Part shown: one piece after another, positions 13,555 through 21,321 of the stretch
Layout: each line of letters opens with the position of its first letter
Numbering within the stretch: position 1 is the stretch's first letter
Assembly (NCBI GenBank): GCA_012270305.1
Contig: JAAXIO010000050.1
Coordinates: 9,078-33,077, forward strand
Source: Candidatus Saccharimonadota bacterium
GTDB lineage: Bacteria > Patescibacteriota > Saccharimonadia > Saccharimonadales > Saccharimonadaceae
Direction of reading: 5' to 3'
Length of the DNA stretch: 24,000 nucleotides
Position numbers and translations under genes: made by a program
Notes under the pieces: model-generated
The model's input: the letters and a program-made list of their open reading frames with translations, nothing else
The model's database searches: none
What the model was told of the DNA's origin: nothing

Positions 13555-13631
13555 TGGCAGGAGTGGAGGGACTCGAACCCCCGACACCCGGTTTTGGAGA
13601 CCGGTGCTCTAGCCACCTGAGCTACACTCCT
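13555..13631 (-). tRNA. tRNA-Trp (anticodon CCA), CCA-3' encoded
   Basis: Reverse complement: AGGAGTG-TA-GCTC-AGGTGGCTA-GAGC-A-CCGGT-CTCCAAA-ACCGG-GTGTC-GGGGG-TTCGAGT-CCCTC-CACTCCT-G-CCA. This folds as a cloverleaf with a TTCGAGT T-loop. Confidence 0.95.
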
Positions 13632-13668
13632 ATACTCGATTGATTGTACTAAATTACAGATGAAAAGG

Positions 13669-14622
13669 CTACTTATTTTGTTGAATACGAACAGCACGGC
13701 GGAATTTACGCTCTGTATCTGGGTCGGCGTAGCGAACAATTGGCTCTGCCGCAAGTAACCGATCTTTTTTGAGTAATTTCGCATTATCTTTCTCTAGGGT
13801 ACTCACAAAGTAGCGCTCAATTAGCCATTCCCTACCGGGTACAGTTTTTCCTTGCACGGTCATCATCCACAAATCATCCGACCACTGAATGGTATCTACA
13901 ATTCTCAGTTTGCCTGCGAGTGTCATAGGCCCTGTTGGTAATTTAGCAATCGATTGCCGAATGAGCTTTTCACCCAGCTCTTTATTATTTACGAGCACAT
14001 CGACAGCCATTGTTCGTACGCCATTTGGTGTTACCTGAACGGCATCGATTTTTTGATTATGTATCCAAATTATTTCACCACTCAGTGAGCGAAGTTTCGT
14101 GGAGCGAAGTGTCAATCGCTCCACCACCCCAGTAACATCAAGAAATGGCTCCACCTTAATATAATCACCTACCGTAAACCAGCGCTCAGCAATGATAGTT
14201 GCGCCCGCAGTGATGTCTCGAAGTAGTGGCCCCACGGTTTGTCCGGCAATTACAATAAATATTGCACTGGCACCAATCGCTGCCGCCCCACTACTTCTAA
14301 TTGCAGCGCTACCCTCGGGGCTCAAGATACGCCATGCTGCATATGCTACAACCGCTACTATCACTACGCGTACCGCAGCTACAATCACCCCTAGGTATGT
14401 TTCAACCTGTCTCAGTCGAACTGCTTTTATTGCGTCCGACTCATTATCTGAACGCACCGCTACCTTTTGAGCTATAAAGATAATAAATCGAGCTACATAC
14501 TTACTTAGCCAGTAGCTCACAGCAATGGCCCCGATAAGAATAAGTAATGATCGGTATGGGTTGGCCTGCGTAAAAATATCGCTCAGCTCACGGCTGAGCA
14601 TAGGAAGAAAGTCATTTGTCAT
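13669..14622 (-). CDS. Small-conductance mechanosensitive channel (MscS family)
   Basis: It has three N-terminal TMs, then GQTVGPLLRDITAGATIIAERWFTVGDYIKV..GVVERLTLRSTKLRS..G..IWIHN, the MscS pore/beta-domain signature. Confidence 0.85.
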   Translation of the reverse strand: MTNDFLPMLSRELSDIFTQANPYRSLLILIGAIAVSYWLSKYVARFIIFIAQKVAVRSDNESDAIKAVRLRQVETYLGVIVAAVRVVIVAVVAYAAWRILSPEGSAAIRSSGAAAIGASAIFIVIAGQTVGPLLRDITAGATIIAERWFTVGDYIKVEPFLDVTGVVERLTLRSTKLRSLSGEIIWIHNQKIDAVQVTPNGVRTMAVDVLVNNKELGEKLIRQSIAKLPTGPMTLAGKLRIVDTIQWSDDLWMMTVQGKTVPGREWLIERYFVSTLEKDNAKLLKKDRLLAAEPIVRYADPDTERKFRRAVRIQQNK

Positions 14623-14632
14623 CGTTCTTATT

Positions 14633-14638
14633 AGTATA
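14633..14638 (-). promoter_or_regulatory. -10 box TATACT, 10 nt upstream of ATG 14622
   Basis: Minus strand reads cagcTATACTaataagaacgATG. Confidence 0.3.
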
Positions 14639-14656
14639 GCTGGTGAAAATGGCCAA

Positions 14657-14680
14657 TTTCAAGATAGAAACCTCTTGAAA
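14657..14680. repeat. Perfect 8-bp inverted repeat TTTCAAGA-tagaaacc-TCTTGAAA between the divergent MscS and glucan-cluster genes
   Basis: Read directly from the sequence. It is an operator-like palindrome with no flanking U-run. Confidence 0.3.
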
Positions 14681-14764
14681 AAACCATAAGCGACTCGGTA
14701 TACTACAGGCAGACAAAACAAAAGGAGGCCGCTAGCGTCTGATAGAAGATGCTCGGAACGTCAA

Positions 14765-15988
14765 ATGAATATACTGATGCTCGGGTGGGAGCTGCCACCA
14801 CATAATAGTGGTGGACTCGGTGTGGCATGTTATCACATGTCAAAAGCGCTTGCGATGGCCGGCTCTTCAATCGACTTCGTACTTCCTTACAAAGCTCATC
14901 ATCCAAAAACTGAGTTTATGCGGATTCATTCTGCTACTCAGTTGCAGCCGCTACACCGTAATGGTATGGGTGCATATGACACACCTTCTACAATTACTGA
15001 TGCCTTGCACCGAAAGCCAACCGATAGGCTTACGACAATCCGTGATGTACAAGCGCGATATGTAGAGTTTGTTGATACGTTGGTTCAATCAACTAAGCCA
15101 GATGCCATACACGCTCACGACTGGCTCACGATTGAGGCAGGCATTCGCGCAAAGGAAATCACCGGGGCCCCGCTGATTGTACATGTGCATGCCACAGAGT
15201 TTGATCGTGCCGGGAATGGCTACGGAAATCCAATTGTGCATGAAATTGAAGAACAAGGCCTGCTAATGGCAGATAGAATTATTGCTGTGTCGGAGATTAC
15301 GAAGGGCTTGATTGTCCACCGTTACGGAATACCAGCAGATAAAGTTGAAGTGGTTTATAACGCCTTAGATACAGCCACATTAGACGACGGCTACCAGTAT
15401 GATCACCGTACTTACAAATACTTAGAGTTTTTAAAACAAGAGGGCTACACTGTTGCAGCTACGGTTACGCGTTTCACGTTGCAAAAAGGCCTGTTGCAGT
15501 TCATGCGTGCAGCAGCAAAGGCGTGTGAGCGATACGACAAATTAGTATTTTTACTAGCGGGCGATGGTGAACAACGTGATGAGCTACTGCAGCTGTCGGC
15601 AGACTTTGGCATCGCTGATAAAGTATTCTTCACTGGATTCGTTCGTGGCCAGCAGTGGCGCGACGCGTACACGGTTGCCGACATATTCGTTATGAGCTCA
15701 GTTTCTGAGCCATTTGGCTTAACGGCGCTTGAAGCCGCGCATCACGATAATGCACTCATTATCACCAAACAATCTGGCGTAGGTGAGGTACTATCGCACA
15801 TATTCAGGTATGACTTCTGGGATACCGATAAGCTCGCCGATCAATTAGTTGCAATCGCAACATCGAAGGCCCTGCAGTACGAACTTACCGAGAATGTGAA
15901 GCGTGAGTATACGCGAATATCGTGGGACGCTGTAGCCAAGCAATGTATGTCGATGTACGCTACGCTTAAAACCGGAGTGACAGCATGA
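14765..15988 (+). CDS. GT4/GT5-type alpha-glucan (glycogen-like) synthase
   Basis: The N-terminus MNILMLGWELPPHNSGGLGVA is typical of archaeal-type glycogen synthases. The C-terminal EPFGLTALEA motif (E-x7-E) matches retaining GT-B enzymes. Confidence 0.8.
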   Translation: MNILMLGWELPPHNSGGLGVACYHMSKALAMAGSSIDFVLPYKAHHPKTEFMRIHSATQLQPLHRNGMGAYDTPSTITDALHRKPTDRLTTIRDVQARYVEFVDTLVQSTKPDAIHAHDWLTIEAGIRAKEITGAPLIVHVHATEFDRAGNGYGNPIVHEIEEQGLLMADRIIAVSEITKGLIVHRYGIPADKVEVVYNALDTATLDDGYQYDHRTYKYLEFLKQEGYTVAATVTRFTLQKGLLQFMRAAAKACERYDKLVFLLAGDGEQRDELLQLSADFGIADKVFFTGFVRGQQWRDAYTVADIFVMSSVSEPFGLTALEAAHHDNALIITKQSGVGEVLSHIFRYDFWDTDKLADQLVAIATSKALQYELTENVKREYTRISWDAVAKQCMSMYATLKTGVTA

Positions 15989-17211
15989 GCCAAAAAGGTA
16001 TAGTACTTTATCTTCATGTTCACCAACCATGGCGAGTATCTGACTACTCAATATTCGACACCGCTAGTAACCATGACTACTTTAATGATCAGAGTGAAAC
16101 GGATCGTAACAATCAAAAAGTATTTAACAAGGTTGCCGACAAATCCTATAGGCCAATGAACCGGGTTTTGAAAGAACTACTCGATTCAACCCCTGACTTT
16201 AAAGTGTCTTTAAGCATTACCGGCACCTTTGTTGAACAGGCCGAAAAGTATGCGCCTGATGTACTAGAAGACTTCAAAGCACTAGTAGCAACTGGTCGGG
16301 TAGAGATTGTCGCCGAAACATATTATCACTCGCTCGCCTTTTTCTATTCTCGTGAGGAGTTCGAACGCCAGGTAGCAATGCATGCAGATATGGTGAAGCG
16401 TGTGTTTGGCGTAAAGCCTACCTCGTTTAGAAATACCGAGCTATCATATTACGATGACATCGGCTCATGGGCGGAGCAAGCTGGCTACAAAGCAGTGCTT
16501 GCCGAAGGGTGGGATCCAATTCTTGCAGGGCGAACACCAAATCGACCATACCAGCCACCAGGAACAGATAGTATACGGTTACTTACTAAAAACTACCGAT
16601 TGAGCGATGATATCGCATTCCGTTTTGGCAATAAAAATTGGGAGCAATACCCACTCAGTGCCAGCAGTTATGAGCAGTGGCTCAATGCCGCCTTGAACGA
16701 TGGTGACATTATTAACTTGTTTATGGATTATGAAACATTCGGTGAGCACCAATGGGAAGATACCGGTATATTTGAATTTTTCAAATCACTCATACTAAAT
16801 TGGTCGAATCGCAGTGATGTTAGCTTTTATACGGTAACTGAAGCCGCAGAATCGTTCAGCTCAGCTGGCGAACTGTCTATGCCTCATACGGTTACCTGGG
16901 CAGACTCTGAGCGAGACTTAAGCGCCTGGCTTGGAAACACTATGCAGCATGAAGCGATGCGCTACATATACGGGTTAGAGCACGATATTATACGTTCCGG
17001 TGACATGCAGTTAATTGGCGATTGGCGGAAACTACAGACATCAGACCATCCGTACTATATGTGTACAAAATGGTTCCACGATGGCGATGTTCATGCCTAC
17101 TTTAGCCCATACGACTCGCCGTACGACGCCTTCTTGTATTACATGAATGCTGTTCGTGATGTTCGATATAGGTTAATGGCTTACCACAATAGTTCACACG
17201 GGGGCTTTTAG
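15985..17211 (+). CDS. Glycoside hydrolase family 57 enzyme (alpha-amylase / glucan-processing)
   Basis: The N-terminal YLHVHQPWR motif and the MDYETFGEH region are GH57 signatures. The ATGA overlap with the upstream gene indicates coupling. Confidence 0.85.
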   Translation: MSQKGIVLYLHVHQPWRVSDYSIFDTASNHDYFNDQSETDRNNQKVFNKVADKSYRPMNRVLKELLDSTPDFKVSLSITGTFVEQAEKYAPDVLEDFKALVATGRVEIVAETYYHSLAFFYSREEFERQVAMHADMVKRVFGVKPTSFRNTELSYYDDIGSWAEQAGYKAVLAEGWDPILAGRTPNRPYQPPGTDSIRLLTKNYRLSDDIAFRFGNKNWEQYPLSASSYEQWLNAALNDGDIINLFMDYETFGEHQWEDTGIFEFFKSLILNWSNRSDVSFYTVTEAAESFSSAGELSMPHTVTWADSERDLSAWLGNTMQHEAMRYIYGLEHDIIRSGDMQLIGDWRKLQTSDHPYYMCTKWFHDGDVHAYFSPYDSPYDAFLYYMNAVRDVRYRLMAYHNSSHGGF

Positions 17212-19154
17212 TGGGCAGACCTGTTGTACTATCAAATGGCGAAATGCATGTTGGTTTGAATAAATTTGGCCTAGTTCATGATTTTTATTTTCCGTATGTA
17301 GGACTAGAAAACCACTGTGCGGGTAGAAATATGCGTCATAAGCTCGGCGTATGGGTGAACGGCACTCTTAGCTGGCTGGATGATGAAGTGGCATGGCGAA
17401 CAGAGTCATGGACAGCTGATGGTGCACTGATAGGCCACACCCGTGCTGTGAACGATACTCTTGGCGTGATGCTGGAGTTTGACGACCTAGTAGCAACAGA
17501 TGTAAATGTGTTTATCCGCAATATTCATATAGTGAATCTCTCAGGTGATGCAATTGATTTACGCTTATTTACACATCAGGCATTTGCCATTGGAGACTCT
17601 CGTAGCAATACAGATACCGCGCAGTATTTGCCTGATTCGAATGCTATACTACATTACCGCGGACGGCGAGCGTTCGTCATTAGTGGCACAGCAGAAAACT
17701 TGCCATTCGATCAATTCTCGGTTGGTCTTTTTGGCATTGAAGGGCGCGAGGGTACGTACAGAGATGCGGACGACGGGGAGCTATCATGCTCTGTTGTTGA
17801 GCATGGTCGAGTTGACTCGACGCTAAGGTTTAAGATAGAAATGCCTGGATTTAGCTCATCTCGCGTTCATTACTGGATTGCCGCTGGGCGGTCAACCAGA
17901 GACGCATTGTCAGTTCATAAAGCGATAGAAGACAATGGAGTGGATTCATTTTTATCTTCGTCAGCCGAGTGGTGGCATCAGTGGCTCACTCCTGCAAAGC
18001 AAGCAAGCAAGTCCTTGCCAGTTGCCGAGCGAAGGTTGTTTTTACATAGCGCATTAATAGTTAAATCGCACATTGATAAACGAGGCGCTGTTATAGCTAG
18101 CACCGACACGACCATGTTGAACTATTCACGCGATGCCTATGGATACTGCTGGCCCAGGGATGGTGCCTACGCGCTATGGCCACTGATTCGCATGGGATAT
18201 AAGGATGAACCACTTCGATTCTTCGAATTTACGAAACGTGGTCTGCATCCTTCTGGGTATCTAATGCACAAATATCAAGCCGATGGAGCATTAGGATCAA
18301 GCTGGCATCCATACGTACATGACCAAACCAGTGCACCGCCAATTCAAGAAGACGAAACGGCGTTAACACTATTTATGTTCGCTCAGTTCTATGCCATTCA
18401 TAAGGATTCTGCCCTACTTGAAGAATTCTACTCCGACTACATTAAACAGATGGCTGATTTTATGGCTGGGTACGTAGATGAAGTGACTGGTCTTCCGAAA
18501 CCCACTTATGACTTATGGGAAGAGAAATTCATGACCACCACCTATACTACTTCAGTGGTGTATGCTGCACTTCTGGCTGCCGCAGACTTGGCTGAAGCTG
18601 CCAATGACTCTGATTCTGCTGTGTCATGGCGTGCAGTCGCTGATGACATTCAGCGTAATGCGCAAAAGCACTTATTTAGTCATGAACGCGGGCATTTTTA
18701 TAAAGGTCTAAATATATTGGAGGATGGATCATTAGAGTATGATCAGACGATTGATCTTTCGAGCTTCTTCGGTGCGTACATGTTTGGCTTGTTTTCCATC
18801 GATAGCGATGAGCTTTTGCGATCGTTTGAAACTATCAAGCAACAATTCTTTGCTGGTGACAGTTACGGCCTTCCTCGCTATGAACATGACGATTATCACC
18901 GCGAGGCAACGACTGGACTCGGTAACTACTGGTACATAGCATCATTATGGGTGTCCCAGTATGCTCGTGAGACTGGCGACGAGGGCTTGGCTGATACGAT
19001 TCTTGCATGGATTCACAGTACTTTCGATAACTCATTGATGCTGGCGGAACAATTGAACCCTATTAGCCTTGAGCCACTGTCTGTATCACCACTTGTATGG
19101 AGCCATGCCGAATATATGGCAACACAGTTAGATAGAATAGAAAGCCAACGGTAG
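17211..19154 (+). CDS. Glycoside hydrolase family 15 enzyme (glucoamylase / glucodextranase / trehalase-type)
   Basis: CWPRDGAY and YDLWEE catalytic-region motifs sit in an (alpha/alpha)6-type C-terminal domain after an N-terminal beta domain. The GTG start overlaps the upstream stop by 1 nt. Confidence 0.85.
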   Translation: MGRPVVLSNGEMHVGLNKFGLVHDFYFPYVGLENHCAGRNMRHKLGVWVNGTLSWLDDEVAWRTESWTADGALIGHTRAVNDTLGVMLEFDDLVATDVNVFIRNIHIVNLSGDAIDLRLFTHQAFAIGDSRSNTDTAQYLPDSNAILHYRGRRAFVISGTAENLPFDQFSVGLFGIEGREGTYRDADDGELSCSVVEHGRVDSTLRFKIEMPGFSSSRVHYWIAAGRSTRDALSVHKAIEDNGVDSFLSSSAEWWHQWLTPAKQASKSLPVAERRLFLHSALIVKSHIDKRGAVIASTDTTMLNYSRDAYGYCWPRDGAYALWPLIRMGYKDEPLRFFEFTKRGLHPSGYLMHKYQADGALGSSWHPYVHDQTSAPPIQEDETALTLFMFAQFYAIHKDSALLEEFYSDYIKQMADFMAGYVDEVTGLPKPTYDLWEEKFMTTTYTTSVVYAALLAAADLAEAANDSDSAVSWRAVADDIQRNAQKHLFSHERGHFYKGLNILEDGSLEYDQTIDLSSFFGAYMFGLFSIDSDELLRSFETIKQQFFAGDSYGLPRYEHDDYHREATTGLGNYWYIASLWVSQYARETGDEGLADTILAWIHSTFDNSLMLAEQLNPISLEPLSVSPLVWSHAEYMATQLDRIESQR

Positions 19155-19159
19155 CACAC

Positions 19160-19813
19160 ATGCTCCGATCACTCGTATCGAGCCAGCTTGGACTACGAAA
19201 TCGTGAGATGAAACGTATTGTCCGACGATTCACAGATGAATCAGGGCTTGTTTATTTTGGGCACGTTAGTCAGCGCGATGACGAACATCACATTGTGCGA
19301 GGGTTTACAGTAAGCCTGCAACATACGGATGATCACTATTGTATAGGCACCTACGATGATTACGATGTTATTTTCGTAGAACGCCGAGACGTACTGCAGG
19401 GAGGCAAACCGCACGCATGGCATATTATTGAAATAGACTTACTGCATGCTCGCGACGTACCGCATATATTTATAAGCTCTGCGTCTCGCCTGCCTGGCTT
19501 TCATGAACTTCTTGAGACAAAATACCCAATGATGTTACCGCATACACTGCAGCATCGTAACGAGTACCCGGCTCAGTTCACAGATAATTTTGCACTACAT
19601 ACCGTGCCGGCTAATTCGACTGAGGCCGAGTCTCTGTTTAGCCCTGAAATTACACAAGTACTCGCCAAACACTGCAAAGGCTTGGCAATCGAAGTTATCG
19701 ACGACAATTTATACGTGTATAGTGAGCGCCCAATACCGTCAGCAAAACTATTGCACACGATGCTTACAAACGGCGTGTGGCTGGCGCGTGAATTAGATAA
19801 AAAATATCGCTAG
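19160..19813 (+). CDS. Hypothetical protein (217 aa), last gene of the glucan cluster
   Basis: The ORF starts 5 nt after the GH15 stop. No motif that I recognise. Confidence 0.5.
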   Translation: MLRSLVSSQLGLRNREMKRIVRRFTDESGLVYFGHVSQRDDEHHIVRGFTVSLQHTDDHYCIGTYDDYDVIFVERRDVLQGGKPHAWHIIEIDLLHARDVPHIFISSASRLPGFHELLETKYPMMLPHTLQHRNEYPAQFTDNFALHTVPANSTEAESLFSPEITQVLAKHCKGLAIEVIDDNLYVYSERPIPSAKLLHTMLTNGVWLARELDKKYR

Positions 19814-19831
19814 CGTTGCTGCTAGCGATAT
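19804..19831. terminator. 11-bp perfect hairpin between convergent genes
   Basis: ATATCGCTAGC-gttgct-GCTAGCGATAT includes the TAG stop of the 19160 ORF. There is no strong U-run. Confidence 0.5.
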
Positions 19832-19856
19832 ATACCTTCTGGCTAATCGGTTTCAA

Positions 19857-20063
19857 TTAACTCTTACGCGCCTTTACTTCGTTACGACCGAGGTTCTTTT
19901 TAGTCTCGGTGTATAGAGCGTGCTTACGAGCGATAGGATCGTACTTTTTTACTTCTAACTTTTCTGGGGTGTTTTGAGTATTTTTTGTAGTGTAGTATGT
20001 GCGATGACCACTTAAACTACTTACTAAACCAACCAGCTTACGCTTTGTATTCTTCTTTGCCAT
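19857..20063 (-). CDS. rpmG: 50S ribosomal protein L33 (Cys-less form, short basic C-terminal extension)
   Basis: [50 protein letters not shown] matches the L33 pattern. Confidence 0.85.
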   Translation of the reverse strand: MAKKNTKRKLVGLVSSLSGHRTYYTTKNTQNTPEKLEVKKYDPIARKHALYTETKKNLGRNEVKARKS

Positions 20064-20104
20064 TATATTTCCGTTTAAAGATTAATATTTGGTGTATTGT
20101 TATC

Positions 20105-20113
20105 ATTATAGCA
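20105..20113 (-). promoter_or_regulatory. Extended -10 box TGcTATAAT for rpmG
   Basis: Minus strand reads aataTGcTATAATgataac, about 40 nt upstream of ATG 20063. Confidence 0.45.
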
Positions 20114-20144
20114 TATTCCTTACGAAAATGCTAGAAGGCGTGAA

Positions 20145-20220
20145 TGGAGCCATCGTCGGGGCTTGAACCCGAGACCTCATCCTTACCATGGATGCGCTCT
20201 ACCAGCTGAGCTACGACGGC
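20145..20220 (-). tRNA. tRNA-Thr (anticodon GGT), CCA encoded
   Basis: Reverse complement: GCCGTCG-TA-GCTC-AGCTGGTA-GAGC-G-CATCC-ATGGTAA-GGATG-AGGTC-TCGGG-TTCAAGC-CCCGA-CGATGGC-T-CCA. Confidence 0.93.
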
Positions 20221-20276
20221 GTTTCAATCGTTAATTGTACCAGATATACGGGTTTATTTATAGAGGTATTAAGCAG

Positions 20277-20540
20277 TTATTTTCGCTTTTGGTTTCGCGG
20301 GAGCTTGTCAATAATAAATGATTTTGTGAGCGCCCAAGCGATTGCATTCACGAAAAATAAAACTGATAAGAAGAATGTTGCTTGCAATAAATACGAACTT
20401 ATCGCGGTATTAACGAGCCCCAGTAGTCCCGCGATAACGAGCAATGTAACCGCACCAATGGCGTATACATACTGTAGTTTAGCGCGATCGTCGTGTCGTT
20501 TATTCCATACCACTACTGCATCAAGAATCGCTTGTACCAT
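20277..20540 (-). CDS. Small two-TM membrane protein with a basic C-terminus (87 aa)
   Basis: SD AGGAG lies 4 nt upstream of the ATG. It has two hydrophobic helices and a C-terminal PRNQKRK. Confidence 0.5.
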   Translation of the reverse strand: MVQAILDAVVVWNKRHDDRAKLQYVYAIGAVTLLVIAGLLGLVNTAISSYLLQATFFLSVLFFVNAIAWALTKSFIIDKLPRNQKRK

Positions 20541-20550
20541 ACATCTCCTA

Positions 20551-20739
20551 CTAGTTATCTAACGTTAAATCGAACGTTGATAAATCAATGTTCTTTAAAT
20601 TAGTTTTCTTAGCTTTTTTTGTAGCATTTCCAGTTGCAGCTATAGCCTGCCTTTTATTGTAAAGTTCGTTCAGCTCACCGTGCTTAATACGGATTTCTTG
20701 CTCTATAATATCGAGTGATGGGTTTTTTGTGACTTTCAT
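20551..20739 (-). CDS. Small hydrophilic, helical hypothetical protein (62 aa)
   Basis: SD AAGGTG lies 5 nt upstream of the ATG. The gene begins 2 nt after the upstream ORF. Confidence 0.5.
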   Translation of the reverse strand: MKVTKNPSLDIIEQEIRIKHGELNELYNKRQAIAATGNATKKAKKTNLKNIDLSTFDLTLDN

Positions 20740-20741
20740 GA

Positions 20742-20996
20742 TTACACCTTTCGCTCACGTTTGATTCGGCCAGTGTCCTGAGAGGCAGACATTGGAGCCG
20801 TTGAATAAAAATGAGAACGAGACTTTGGCTGAGGTAAAACAGTGTCAATACGAGGCTCATGCGCTAGCACTTGTTTCATTCTGTCCTGATAGCTTCTTTT
20901 TGACTCACTTCGAGCCTTTTGCTGCTGCATACTAAACATGTTCCACACGACAGTAGGATCGGTATGTTTTCGGTCTACAGATCTCTTCCCAAACAT
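20742..20996 (-). CDS. Small basic hypothetical protein (84 aa)
   Basis: It is the first ORF of a tightly packed three-gene unit. TAGTAT lies 9 nt upstream of its ATG. Confidence 0.4.
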   Translation of the reverse strand: MFGKRSVDRKHTDPTVVWNMFSMQQQKARSESKRSYQDRMKQVLAHEPRIDTVLPQPKSRSHFYSTAPMSASQDTGRIKRERKV

Positions 20997-21050
20997 ATGT
21001 TGATCATACTACAAATTATCTAATTAGTCAATAGACTGGTATAGTATACT

Positions 21051-21081
21051 AAATAAAAAATAACTCCGTTAAAGAGGAGCT
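21051..21081 (-). terminator. Terminator-like hairpin directly after tRNA-Tyr
   Basis: Minus strand reads AGCUCC-ucuuuaac-GGAGUU-AUUUUUUAUUU, 6 pairs including one G.U. Confidence 0.45.
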
Positions 21082-21082
21082 A

Positions 21083-21167
21083 TGGTACCGGAGGTAGGAC
21101 TCGAACCTACGAACCTAAAAAGGGGGAGATTTACAGTCTCCTGTCATTGCCACTAGACGACTCCGGC
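21083..21167 (-). tRNA. tRNA-Tyr (anticodon GTA), class II long variable arm, CCA encoded
   Basis: The anticodon stem-loop is GGAGA-CTGTAAA-TCTCC and the T-arm is GTAGG-TTCGAGT-CCTAC. The acceptor pairs GCCGGAG with CTCCGGT. Confidence 0.9.
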
Positions 21168-21174
21168 AGGTACT

Positions 21175-21251
21175 TGGAGCCGCTTCACGGATTCGAACCG
21201 TGGACCTACTGTTTACAAAACAGTTGCTCTAACCAGCTGAGCTAAAGCGGC
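21175..21251 (-). tRNA. tRNA-Thr (anticodon TGT), CCA encoded
   Basis: Reverse complement: GCCGCTT-TA-GCTC-AGCTGGTTA-GAGC-A-ACTGT-TTTGTAA-ACAGT-AGGTC-CACGG-TTCGAAT-CCGTG-AAGCGGC-T-CCA. Confidence 0.93.
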
Positions 21252-21321
21252 ACATAATTGTAAGGTACTGAGTTATTTTAACGGAGTATACTCGTTTTTT
21301 CAAGGGGATCTGTAGGGATTA

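Noticed and set aside
13514-13561. The 7-mer ACTCCTG repeated at the tRNA-Trp 3' end (around 13556-13562) and again about 35 nt downstream (13514-13520), as a possible att core
   Set aside because: It is only 7 nt, and no matching copy exists at the far (12.6 kb) end of the island, which would be required for an integrase-type attL/attR pair.
13551-13784. ORF 13551..13784 (77 aa, minus strand)
   Set aside because: It runs through the tRNA-Trp gene and overlaps the 3' end of the MscS gene, so it is spurious.
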